Virus record (IMG/VR): IMGVR_UViG_2862873970_000001
Location: 1-64,000 of that record
Source: a virus
Lineage: Duplodnaviria; Caudoviricetes
Strand: one strand, 5' to 3'
Length of the DNA stretch: 64,000 nucleotides
Part shown: positions 1-8,517 of the stretch, piece by piece
Layout: every line of letters starts with the position of its first letter
How positions within the stretch are numbered: position 1 is the stretch's first letter
Made by a program: the position numbers and the translations under genes
Notes under the pieces: generated by a model
What the model saw: the letters and a program-made list of their open reading frames with translations, nothing else
The model's database searches: none
What the model was told of the DNA's origin: nothing

Positions 1-687
1 ATGAAGCTGGACGCACCCAAGAACAACAACTACGCCGCCACCATCGTATGTGTCCGCAACCTCATCGAGCTTGACGGTCTGGACAACCTGGTCGGCGTGC
101 CCGTTCTGGGGCACCAGGCCCTCACCCAGAAGGACGTCAAGCACGGCCAGCTTCGCGTGGCCTTCACAGCCGAGACTCAATTGAGCGAGGACTTTTGCGC
201 GATCAACAACCTGTACCGGGACGCAACCCTGAACAAGGATCCCGCGGAGACCGGCTACCTGGAGAAGAACCGTCGCGTCCGGGCGATCAAACTGCGTGGG
301 CACACCTCAAACGCTCTCTTGATGCCGCTGTCATCGCTGGCCTACACCGGCTTTGACGTCCACGGCCTGCTGGAGGGTGACACCTTCGACACCCTGAACG
401 GCCACGAGATCTGCCGCAAGTACGAGATCCAGCGTCACGTTCAGAATCCGGCCAAGAGCAAGGTGGAGAAGGCCTTCAAGCGCGTCGACAAGAAGCTGTT
501 CCCGGAGCACCTGGAGACGGACCAATACCACAGGAACAAGCACTTGCTGAAGGCCGGCCGCGAGGTCGTGGTCACGCAGAAGCTCCATGGAACCAGTTTC
601 AGGGCCGGCTGCGTCGTCCCTGTCCTTCGCCAGCTTTCACCGCTAGAGAGGCTATTGATAAAGCTTCGACTTGCCGAACTCGTATGA
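1..687 (+). CDS. RNA ligase (DRB0094-like), N-terminal half
   Basis: N-terminal OB-like region (RVRAIKLRG..S.ALLMPL) and nucleotidyltransferase motif I TQKLHGTS; the other motifs are in 1135..1779. Confidence 0.75.
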   Translation: MKLDAPKNNNYAATIVCVRNLIELDGLDNLVGVPVLGHQALTQKDVKHGQLRVAFTAETQLSEDFCAINNLYRDATLNKDPAETGYLEKNRRVRAIKLRGHTSNALLMPLSSLAYTGFDVHGLLEGDTFDTLNGHEICRKYEIQRHVQNPAKSKVEKAFKRVDKKLFPEHLETDQYHRNKHLLKAGREVVVTQKLHGTSFRAGCVVPVLRQLSPLERLLIKLRLAELV

Positions 688-1157
688 ACGAAGTCGAGTG
701 TGCGTGGGTGGCCGGACTGCTGGAAGGGGAGGGCTGCTTCAGCTTCGGGGTGAAAAATGGGAGGAAATTTCCCAACATCTCTTGCGGCATGACCGACCAG
801 GACACGATAGAAAAGCTCTTACGCCTGACTGGCGTCGGTGGAATATGTGTTACTCACAGGGAAAACCTAAAGCCAATCTACTCCTGGCGCGTATCCAAGA
901 GGGCTGACGTTGCCCCACTCTTGCATTCGGTACGTCCACACATGTCCACACGTCGAACGGCTCGCATAGATGAGCTTTTAGATTACATAGACACCCACCC
1001 GTTTTACAACGTTCAGCCGGCGGAATGCGGGACGCGCAAAAGTTATCGCCGCGGTTGTAGATGCACGCTCTGCCACGAGGCGAGTAACCAATACCAGCGC
1101 GATTCATATCAGAAGAGAAAGAGGCGTGGGGACAATGCCCTGGTTCAAGAAGATTAA
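684..1157 (+). CDS. LAGLIDADG homing endonuclease with C-terminal Cys-rich tail
   Basis: WVAGLLEGEGCF LAGLIDADG helix; CGT..YRRGCRC..C tail; starts at an ATGA overlap with the ligase N-half stop. Confidence 0.8.
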   Translation: MNEVECAWVAGLLEGEGCFSFGVKNGRKFPNISCGMTDQDTIEKLLRLTGVGGICVTHRENLKPIYSWRVSKRADVAPLLHSVRPHMSTRRTARIDELLDYIDTHPFYNVQPAECGTRKSYRRGCRCTLCHEASNQYQRDSYQKRKRRGDNALVQED

Positions 1158-1779
1158 GATTCCCCGTTACGAATACGACGTAGTGTTTGGATCTCGCAAG
1201 GTAATCAAGGATCCCAACAACCCGAGGCAGAACCATTACTATGATCAGGATATTTGGACACACTACGGCCAGAAGATTGCAGAGCTTTTGCCCGAGGGTG
1301 TCGTCCTCTATGGAGAGCTTGTGGGATGGACGCCTGGTCCCGATGCGGTACCTCTGCAAAAGAACTATACATATCACCTTTCCAAAGGCGAGGCTGAGCT
1401 TTTCGTATACCGGGTATCCACGATCAACTCCCAAGGTGTCCTGACCGATTTGCCCTGGGATGGCGTCAAGGAATTCTGCCAAGCCCGCGGCCTGAAATGG
1501 TGCCCGGAATTGAAGCGCATTCCGCTCCATGGCGGGCGTGAGCCCCTGGTGGAGGTGGAGGAGTTCCTCGGGAATTTCCTGGATGAACGCCTGGCCGATT
1601 TTGGCGGCTGGAATGATATCCCACTCATTGTGTCTAGCCACAAGACGGTTGACGAAGGCATCTGCTTACGCCAAGAGGGATTAGTCCCACTCATTCTCAA
1701 AGCCAAGTCACCCAAATTCCTTGAACACGAAACCAAACTCCTCGACAAGGGAGAGGTTGACCTAGAAAGTGCCGCATAA
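1135..1779 (+). CDS. RNA ligase, C-terminal half
   Basis: FGSRKVIK, LYGELVG (motif III), FVYRV (IIIa), DEGIC (IV), LKAKS (V); ATG 1135 follows an AGAGG RBS. Confidence 0.75.
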   Translation: MPWFKKIKIPRYEYDVVFGSRKVIKDPNNPRQNHYYDQDIWTHYGQKIAELLPEGVVLYGELVGWTPGPDAVPLQKNYTYHLSKGEAELFVYRVSTINSQGVLTDLPWDGVKEFCQARGLKWCPELKRIPLHGGREPLVEVEEFLGNFLDERLADFGGWNDIPLIVSSHKTVDEGICLRQEGLVPLILKAKSPKFLEHETKLLDKGEVDLESAA

Positions 1780-2616
1780 ATGCAGAGCCGGCGTTGCGCT
1801 AAGCCAACATGTAATCGTGCAGAACAGACCGGGGGTTTCTGCAAACCCCACTATGAATTAGAGACCAGGCATTTACCCACAGGCAAGGCCGATCCAGGTC
1901 CTGTCATAGCCCATATCAAGGCACTGTCGGACGCGGGGATATCCAATGCGCGCCTGGGTCAGATGGTCGGCATTCCCCAGAACAATATCTGGGGCATCGT
2001 CGCCGGCCGCCGACGCTATGTGCTGGCCTCTACCGCAGCGAAGATCCTTTCCGTTCCCATTCCGGACGTGCCATGGAAAATCGCCAACGATGGATGTCCC
2101 GTTCCCGCGGTGGGAACTCAGCGCCGACTACAGGCCTTACATGCCATCGGATATCAGGGTCGGCACCTGGCTGAACTCCTGGGTGTAGAGCACTCGGTTG
2201 TCACAGCAATCACGTCGAGTAGACAGCCTGGCGTGAATGCGAAAACGGCGCGAGCCGTGGCCAGGTTGTTCAACGAATTGCAGATGACCCAGGGCCCCAG
2301 TAAAGAGAGTCGACGCCGCGCCGCAGCAAGGGGCTGGGTCGTCCCACTTGCCTGGGATGAGGATTCAATCGATGATCCCGCAGCCTCTCCTCAAATGCCA
2401 GAAGACGATAGCTCGGCTTGGTATGAGGACTACTGCGAGCTGAAAGAAATCGGCCTGGACGACACCCAAATTGCGGAACGCATGGGCATCCAGCGCAGCA
2501 GCCTTCTACACCGATTGCGGAGGCGATCACATGAGCTACAGGGACGTTCGTTGGCACGACCAAGCGGCTTGCAGGGGGATGCCTCTGAGCCTTTTCTTCC
2601 CGCCGCGGGGATGTAG
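1780..2616 (+). CDS. multi-HTH DNA-binding protein
   Basis: Repeated HTH-like segments (ISNARLGQMVGI, GRHLAELLGV, DTQIAERMGI); PLAWDEDSIDDP motif typical of actinophage proteins. Confidence 0.6.
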   Translation: MQSRRCAKPTCNRAEQTGGFCKPHYELETRHLPTGKADPGPVIAHIKALSDAGISNARLGQMVGIPQNNIWGIVAGRRRYVLASTAAKILSVPIPDVPWKIANDGCPVPAVGTQRRLQALHAIGYQGRHLAELLGVEHSVVTAITSSRQPGVNAKTARAVARLFNELQMTQGPSKESRRRAAARGWVVPLAWDEDSIDDPAASPQMPEDDSSAWYEDYCELKEIGLDDTQIAERMGIQRSSLLHRLRRRSHELQGRSLARPSGLQGDASEPFLPAAGM

Positions 2617-2782
2617 TAGCGACGCCGGCAAGAAAGTGTGCAACACATGTCCCGTATGGCAGCAATGCCTTAGGGACACCCTCGCGATAGAGGTATCCGG
2701 TGCCCGCCATGGTGTGTTCGGTGGCATGTCGGCGAATGAACGCAAAGTATTTGATCAGGAAGGCGAGCCATGGGCGGTCTAG
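2531..2782 (+). CDS. whiB: WhiB family transcriptional regulator
   Basis: W..QAACRG..LFFP, C..CPV..QC and GVFGGMS..ER signature. Confidence 0.9.
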   Translation: MSYRDVRWHDQAACRGMPLSLFFPPRGCSSDAGKKVCNTCPVWQQCLRDTLAIEVSGARHGVFGGMSANERKVFDQEGEPWAV

Positions 2783-2931
2783 GTGTCACGGTTACCAATC
2801 TGAACCGGTGGGGCAAGAAGATGAACAAGTGGAAAGTCGTCATCGGTAAGCGCACCCGCTACTTCACCCAGGAAGAGTGGGAAAAAGACGGACTCGCCTG
2901 GGTTAACTCAGCACATCAGCAGGGTGGGTGA
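2770..2931 (+). CDS. small hypothetical protein (53 aa)
   Basis: Open frame bridging whiB and the next gene, with a GTGA overlap. Confidence 0.45.
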   Translation: MGGLGVTVTNLNRWGKKMNKWKVVIGKRTRYFTQEEWEKDGLAWVNSAHQQGG

Positions 2932-3539
2932 GCACGGATCCTCGTTGTCGCTCGGGTAGGCACTGCATAGGCAGAACCTCTGACGGTCCTGCCATCACGG
3001 CCAAGGTCAACACCATCTGCGCCGGCTGTATTCAGGATCTGCAACGCCAGTTAGAGGAGCTACCCCACCTGGCCGCGGCTCTACGATTGTTCCTCGGCGT
3101 CACACCGAAGACCGCTTTGCAGAGTCGGGTTAAGTCATCCCCCGAGCCGGCATGCCCCATCGATCCCCGCGTTGATGAACTCTTGGTCGACATCTCCGAC
3201 GTCATTGAACGCACCGACAACCTTCGGGTGGCAGACCTCATCGCTCAGCCCCCCACCAAGTTTCAGGTCTGGTACAAGGACAAGGCCTACGACAAATACT
3301 TGGAAGGTTGGCAACGCGCCTGCGATATCCGCGGGGTGCATGTCAGGGCCAACGCCATCCTCGGCTTCGGCCGTATCGCAGTGAAGCGTCACGCCCCCTG
3401 CCCCAGATGCGGCCTGCCCACTCTTCAGCAGTGGATCGGCGACCCCACTATCGAATGCAGCGACGAGGAATGCGGATTCGTCATGTCCCTGGACGAATAC
3501 GACCAGCACTGCAACGACCTCGCGAAGGACTCCAAGTGA
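2928..3539 (+). CDS. hypothetical protein with Zn-finger motifs
   Basis: CRSGRHC, CAGC, CPRC...C...C; coupled within the operon. Confidence 0.6.
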   Translation: MSTDPRCRSGRHCIGRTSDGPAITAKVNTICAGCIQDLQRQLEELPHLAAALRLFLGVTPKTALQSRVKSSPEPACPIDPRVDELLVDISDVIERTDNLRVADLIAQPPTKFQVWYKDKAYDKYLEGWQRACDIRGVHVRANAILGFGRIAVKRHAPCPRCGLPTLQQWIGDPTIECSDEECGFVMSLDEYDQHCNDLAKDSK

Positions 3540-3721
3540 AGAAGAGATACAAGAAACCACCGCCCGAATTCTTTCAGGTAGAAATCGTCTGCCCCGAGGT
3601 GTGTCTTCACCCCGTCGCCATCCACTTTGTGTGGATCGGCAACGCGGACGAGTCCGGTGTGGTTCAGGTCGAGGTGGCCAGGGATTTCCTGGAGAACATC
3701 GCGGGGCTGTTAGGTGACTAA
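3536..3721 (+). CDS. small hypothetical protein
   Basis: GTGA and TAATG coupling to both neighbours. Confidence 0.45.
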   Translation: MKKRYKKPPPEFFQVEIVCPEVCLHPVAIHFVWIGNADESGVVQVEVARDFLENIAGLLGD

Positions 3722-4785
3722 TGCTTTACTCCCTCCTCCCGCCCGAGATCAACTCGCTGAGGATGTATACGGGTGCGGGCGCTGGCCCTCTTGTGGCTGC
3801 AGCAGCCTCGTGGTCCCAGATAGCGAACGGGCTGAGCGATGCTGCGATGCAGCACGTCGCGACGGTTACGGCGTTAGCGGGTGTATGGACGGGTCCTTCA
3901 TCCGACGCCATGTTGAAGTCCTCCCTGGCGTATACCAAGTGGTTAACGTCTACGGCAGCACAGGCGGAAGTGACGGCGACACAGGCACAAGCCGCGGTCG
4001 CCGCATACGAGACCGCCTTCGCCGCTACCGTTCCGCCATTCGAGGTCACTGAGAATCGCGCTCGACTCACTGCTCTGGTTGCTACCAATTTCCTGGGTGT
4101 GAATACGCCGGTCATCATGGCTACCGAGGCGCAGTATTCGGAGATGTGGGCACAAGACGCCGCCGCGATGACCACCTATCAGGTGTCATCTATGCAGGCG
4201 ACCAGACTGCCTAGTTTTACCCCGCTCAAACCGCTCACAACGAACGTTGCGCAGCAGCCCAAGCAACTACCGCAGGGTGGCATTCAGAACGCTCTACAGG
4301 GGCTACAAAACATTGATCCCACAACGGGATGGCTGGGTCTATTCAATGACTACATCCAGTCCAACCTATCCTCCGGGGTCCTGTTCGATGTTCCCTTGGG
4401 TGTCATTCAATCCATCACCTCGACAGTGGCATTGATGAGCCTCTTTCAGGGTGAGAAGCAGATCGCCATCGGCGAGGCGCAACTCCCGCCTGAGCAGGTG
4501 GCCCAGATCGAATCCCGCTTCGGCGGGGGAATGACAGGTGGCCTCAACACCGCCGCGTCATTCGGTAACGCCCAGTCAGTGGGCAAGCTGAGTGTCCCCC
4601 AATCCTGGGAGCGTTCAGCATCCCTGCCGTTCACTAATCCTGAACCTGTCTCAGCATTGAACACGGGCGAGGGGTACTTCGGTCCCCCTGTCACGCCACT
4701 ACTTGGCAGGCGGGAAAAGCCCGAGCCGGCACGCTACGGCTTCCGCCAAAAGAAACTCATTCCACGCCATCCATCCGGAGGGTAA
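3721..4785 (+). CDS. PPE family protein, SVP subgroup
   Basis: LLPPEINS.RMY.G.G..PL..AA..W N-terminus, WTG (WxG), NFLG.NTP, EA.Y.EMWAQD, C-terminal GKLSVPQSW and RYGFR. Confidence 0.95.
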   Translation: MLYSLLPPEINSLRMYTGAGAGPLVAAAASWSQIANGLSDAAMQHVATVTALAGVWTGPSSDAMLKSSLAYTKWLTSTAAQAEVTATQAQAAVAAYETAFAATVPPFEVTENRARLTALVATNFLGVNTPVIMATEAQYSEMWAQDAAAMTTYQVSSMQATRLPSFTPLKPLTTNVAQQPKQLPQGGIQNALQGLQNIDPTTGWLGLFNDYIQSNLSSGVLFDVPLGVIQSITSTVALMSLFQGEKQIAIGEAQLPPEQVAQIESRFGGGMTGGLNTAASFGNAQSVGKLSVPQSWERSASLPFTNPEPVSALNTGEGYFGPPVTPLLGRREKPEPARYGFRQKKLIPRHPSGG

Positions 4786-4786
4786 T

Positions 4787-5050
4787 TTGTACTTCAAGCA
4801 GCATCAGGAAAAGGCTAAGCCACAGCTTGGCTTTGGACCGAGCCTCGAATATTCCACCGCACTCGGGTCCACCCCCACGCTGACGGTTGAGTGGATGGGC
4901 CGGCGACTCACGCGCGAGGGTGTGCCCCTTAATTACAAGACCATTTTTCGCGTAGCCAATGAGCTACTGGCCGAGATCAAGATGTTCTACGGCATTATTT
5001 CTGATGAAAAGGAGTTCGTGGCACCGCCATGCCTGCTGACACGACGCTGA
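4787..5050 (+). CDS. hypothetical protein
   Basis: TTG after a GGAGG RBS; fills the gap before ssb. Confidence 0.45.
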   Translation: MYFKQHQEKAKPQLGFGPSLEYSTALGSTPTLTVEWMGRRLTREGVPLNYKTIFRVANELLAEIKMFYGIISDEKEFVAPPCLLTRR

Positions 5051-5463
5051 CCATTGTCGGCAATCTAACTGCCGATCCTGAACTTCGCTTCACCCCCAGT
5101 GGTGCCGCGGTATCCAACTTCACCATCGCCAGCACCCCGCGGCTCTACGACCGCCAGAGCGGGGAATGGAAAGACGGCGACGCCCTTTTCATGCGCTGCA
5201 ACATTTGGCGCGAGGCCGCCGAGAACGTGGCGGAAACCCTTCAGCGCGGCCAGCGTGTGATCGCCACCGGCCGGCTCAAGTCCCGCTCTTATGAAACCCG
5301 CGAGGGCGAGAAACGCACCGTCATGGAGCTTGAGGTGGACGAGATCGGCCCGAGCCTGCGTTACGCCACGGCACGGGTGAGCAAGAGCGACAACCGGCCA
5401 TCGGGTGGTACCAAGACCAACTCCGATGCATGGGGCGGATCTGACGACGAACCGCCATTCTGA
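5029..5463 (+). CDS. ssb: single-stranded DNA-binding protein
   Basis: [39 protein letters not shown]-terminal DDEPPF. Confidence 0.97.
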   Translation: MPADTTLTIVGNLTADPELRFTPSGAAVSNFTIASTPRLYDRQSGEWKDGDALFMRCNIWREAAENVAETLQRGQRVIATGRLKSRSYETREGEKRTVMELEVDEIGPSLRYATARVSKSDNRPSGGTKTNSDAWGGSDDEPPF

Positions 5464-5546
5464 CGAAATTCGTCTGAAACCCGAAAATCCACCCCCGGGG
5501 AAAACCCCCGAAATCGAAAATGTGGGCCCCTAATGCAAGGAGAAAA

Positions 5547-6293
5547 ATGACCAGTCCCGCAGAAACCGCCAAGTTCGAAGCAGAAGCAGCTCACCTCTTG
5601 GCCCAGACCGAACTGCGCAAGGCCGAAACGCGCCGCAAGCTCGCCGAAGCTGTTGCCGCCGAATACCACATGGAGACGGCCCGCATCGCCCGTGACGCCG
5701 CTGTGCGCCAGGAGAAGATCGCGACGTCGGCCAACCACCACCACTACCAGTTCGACTTTCTGACTGGGGTGTACGACGAGCCGGTCACCGCCTGCCTCGC
5801 GCAACTGGCCATCTGGCACCGCAACGAACCGAACTGCCCGATGACCATCGTCATGGACTCCCCGGGTGGATCAGTGATCGACGGCATGCACCTGTTCGAC
5901 CAGATCACCGCCTACTCCACACGGCCGTGGGACACCAGCAGTCGGCCCAAGGGCACGCACCACACCACCATGATTGTGCGCGGTTACGCCGCCTCCATGG
6001 CCGGCATCCTGCTGCAGTCTGCGGACCACAGGATTGTGGGGCCCGAGTCTTACATCATGGTTCACGAGGTGTCGTCATTTGCCCAGGGGAAAATCGGTGA
6101 ACTCAAGGATGAAATAAAATTTCTCGATAAAATGAGTGATCGTGTGGCGAATATCTTTGTCACCCGAGCGCAGGCCACGGGCCGTCCCGACGCTATTGAC
6201 CTGGATACCTTTAAGGCAAAATGGAACCGCCAAGATTGGTGGCTCGATTCCGAAGAGGCGTACAGGCTGGGTATCGTAGACGAAATTGGGTAG
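5547..6293 (+). CDS. ClpP-like serine protease with N-terminal coiled coil
   Basis: DSPGGSV..G, GYAASMAG, IMVHE, DWWLDSEEA..LGIVDEI. Confidence 0.9.
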   Translation: MTSPAETAKFEAEAAHLLAQTELRKAETRRKLAEAVAAEYHMETARIARDAAVRQEKIATSANHHHYQFDFLTGVYDEPVTACLAQLAIWHRNEPNCPMTIVMDSPGGSVIDGMHLFDQITAYSTRPWDTSSRPKGTHHTTMIVRGYAASMAGILLQSADHRIVGPESYIMVHEVSSFAQGKIGELKDEIKFLDKMSDRVANIFVTRAQATGRPDAIDLDTFKAKWNRQDWWLDSEEAYRLGIVDEIG

Positions 6294-6765
6294 TTGCTCA
6301 GTTGCGGTCTGTGGCCGAGCGGCGGTTAAGAAGTCCCTGTGCGATGCGCATTATTTACGCATGCAACGCGGAGCCCCGCTAGATAGTCCAATCAGACCTT
6401 GGCGAAGCCGTCAAGATGCCATCGTTACTAACTGCGATGACTGCGTATCCAGTGGACAAATGTGCTCCACACATTTCGCCCAGACCAAGAGGTACAAGCT
6501 GGACCCAAAGATCCTGGCCCAAATGCTGTCGCGCGGTTGCTATGTCTGCGGAGCCCCGCGCGACAGGAATGGGCGGGCTCTGCGTATAGACCATGATCAC
6601 ACATGCTGCCCGGGTCGATTTGGCTGCGGCGAATGTGTGCGTGGTGTCTTATGTAACCTGCACAATATCCAGGCGGGGTATCTACAACATCCAGATCGAG
6701 ATGCCGTACAGCGATATCTTAATGAATGGGAGTCGACAAGATTAGCCAATACTCCAAGGACGTAA
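6286..6765 (+). CDS. endonuclease VII-like HNH protein
   Basis: C..CG....IDHDH.CC......CG.CVRGVLC..HN; N-terminal Cys/His finger. Confidence 0.85.
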   Translation: MGSCSVAVCGRAAVKKSLCDAHYLRMQRGAPLDSPIRPWRSRQDAIVTNCDDCVSSGQMCSTHFAQTKRYKLDPKILAQMLSRGCYVCGAPRDRNGRALRIDHDHTCCPGRFGCGECVRGVLCNLHNIQAGYLQHPDRDAVQRYLNEWESTRLANTPRT

Positions 6766-6914
6766 TCGAAAACCGGAAGTGGGCGCTGGGAATGGCCGGC
6801 GCCCTACTTCAACGCGTTCCCACTGGCATCGGTATCGCTAGTGCAGTGACGGACATGGCTGAGCACTTCTACAGGTGGGCCACCGTCCCACCGGAGAAAG
6901 GTAAGAATGGCTGA
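6726..6914 (+). CDS. hypothetical protein
   Basis: Operon-coupled ORF. Confidence 0.4.
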   Translation: MGVDKISQYSKDVIENRKWALGMAGALLQRVPTGIGIASAVTDMAEHFYRWATVPPEKGKNG

Positions 6915-7146
6915 CTTCCGCCTGGCCTACCTCCTAGAGGCTCGGGAATGCCACCGGCAGCGCCAAAAGCAGAGCCTCTACTCCCTACCCTTCTGGGCCA
7001 ACCTCATCGGGGCCCTAGCCAACGGCATCATCGCCTGCGTACCTGATTCGGTCGCTGCAGCGTTTGAGGCCCAGCAGGCCTGGGATAGGGAAGCTCGCAA
7101 CCATCTGCGTGACGCGGTAGAGGATGCCCTTGACCGAGCTGGATAA
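6907..7146 (+). CDS. hypothetical protein
   Basis: RBS and overlap coupling. Confidence 0.5.
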   Translation: MADFRLAYLLEARECHRQRQKQSLYSLPFWANLIGALANGIIACVPDSVAAAFEAQQAWDREARNHLRDAVEDALDRAG

Positions 7147-7564
7147 CCTGGACTACCACCCGCTTACTGGTCCACTCATCGCCCTTGTTGCGCTCTTCTT
7201 CTTCGTGCTCGCCGCATGGGTTGCTGGTTACTTCTACAAGGGTCGGCACCGCGGTGAGTACGTTGAGAAACCGGAATGGCGCCAGAGGTGGCAGTTTGTC
7301 AACGTCGATCCTGAGCCGTGGCACGTCACCATTTTCGGCAATGTGCTGATTCGTGAGTGCAAGCCGGTGGAGATTAAGCCGGATACAACCCATCTGGACA
7401 TAACCGTGCTTGGCGGTGGCGGGGGTAGTTATGGAAGATTTGGCGACAGCGATATTGACCTGGCCGATACAGCACCTCTATGGCCTTTTCTGGAGGCTGG
7501 GTCTCTTGGAGATCTTGAAGCAGAAGGATGGGTCGACATCGGAGTGTGCAAGGAGTTCAAATGA
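7124..7564 (+). CDS. membrane-anchored hypothetical protein
   Basis: One hydrophobic segment LIALVALFFFVLAAWVAGYFY. Confidence 0.55.
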   Translation: MPLTELDNLDYHPLTGPLIALVALFFFVLAAWVAGYFYKGRHRGEYVEKPEWRQRWQFVNVDPEPWHVTIFGNVLIRECKPVEIKPDTTHLDITVLGGGGGSYGRFGDSDIDLADTAPLWPFLEAGSLGDLEAEGWVDIGVCKEFK

Positions 7565-7749
7565 GTGAACGCTACGGCACCATTGACGAAGTGTATGAGT
7601 TAATGCCCGATTTCGAGGATTGGGTCCGCAAGGAGATCGAGAAGGTTCGCAGCGGAATATACACCGTGGCAACCGTGGGCGAGGCTCAGGTCATGCACGG
7701 ACGCTGGGAGGCATTTCAGGACGTTCTATCGTGGTGGGGCGTTGGCTGA
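7561..7749 (+). CDS. hypothetical protein
   Basis: AAGGAG RBS; ATGA overlap. Confidence 0.5.
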   Translation: MSERYGTIDEVYELMPDFEDWVRKEIEKVRSGIYTVATVGEAQVMHGRWEAFQDVLSWWGVG

Positions 7750-8071
7750 CTGGCACACAAGGTACCGCCGGATCATAGACGCCTATCGCACGAGGCTGAT
7801 GGAGGTATCGCTAGCCGCATGCAATGAGGTCGATGATCGTATGTGGGCAAGCGGGGAAAAGTGGCTTGTTAACGACGCCCCCATTGACTTAGATCGGCTG
7901 ATGTCAGCCCGCGATCTCGCGGAGCGCTTCGGGTTCACTGAGCAGAATATCCGTGACTGGGCGCGTCGACACCGCGACAAGGTACCCACGCATAAACAAT
8001 CAGATGGACGTGCGTTATATCGTGTGCGCGATGTCCTAAGATATCGAGCCGAGCGCGAGCGCAATGGCTAG
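7742..8071 (+). CDS. HTH DNA-binding protein (MerR/excisionase-like)
   Basis: LMSARDLAERFG..EQNIRDWARR...GRALYRVRDV. Confidence 0.65.
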   Translation: MADWHTRYRRIIDAYRTRLMEVSLAACNEVDDRMWASGEKWLVNDAPIDLDRLMSARDLAERFGFTEQNIRDWARRHRDKVPTHKQSDGRALYRVRDVLRYRAERERNG

Positions 8072-8480
8072 CCGCCTGGGGGGCCTTAAGGGATGCCTGT
8101 ATATAGTAAGATTCCGGAATGGCGTACTAAAGGTTGGCAGGACCGTCCGTCCCGTGCAGCAGAGATTCACCGAGTATGAGCGCGAGGCCAGGGTCCATGA
8201 CAATCCAATCGTGGCTGCGTTCGCCTCCCGCCAGTTTATGGGCATAGACACTGCCGAGAATGATCTAATTGGCTGGATGCATAAGCATGCTATCGGCATG
8301 TCGACGAAACGATCTGAATGGTTTCGCCCACGCACCGGGGAGTCCGATTCCGTGTATGTCGGGGCCAGGGTGACCATTGCACAGTTATCCGACTCCAAAA
8401 TGGCATGCTATAGGCCATTGGTGCAGCCCAGCATGTATTTTGCCGGGGAGTGGCCCGTCCCGCACGCGATAGCGTGCTAG
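8064..8480 (+). CDS. GIY-YIG/T5orf172-like protein
   Basis: GCLYIV.....LKVGRT....QRF, AE..L, SEWF. Confidence 0.6.
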   Translation: MASRLGGLKGCLYIVRFRNGVLKVGRTVRPVQQRFTEYEREARVHDNPIVAAFASRQFMGIDTAENDLIGWMHKHAIGMSTKRSEWFRPRTGESDSVYVGARVTIAQLSDSKMACYRPLVQPSMYFAGEWPVPHAIAC

Positions 8481-8482
8481 GC

Positions 8483-8511
8483 TTTTTCCGTAGCACAGCT
8501 ATATCTACAAT
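8483..8511 (+). promoter_or_regulatory. putative SigA promoter for the long ncRNA
   Basis: TACAAT at 8506-8511 in an AT-rich patch just before the structured region; the -35 match is weak. Confidence 0.4.
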
Positions 8512-8517
8512 CAAAAA

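Noticed and set aside
600-1160. Group I intron or intein in the RNA ligase
   Set aside because: The endonuclease ORF overlaps both ligase halves in a different frame, with no non-coding core space and no intein termini. RT-PCR would settle it.
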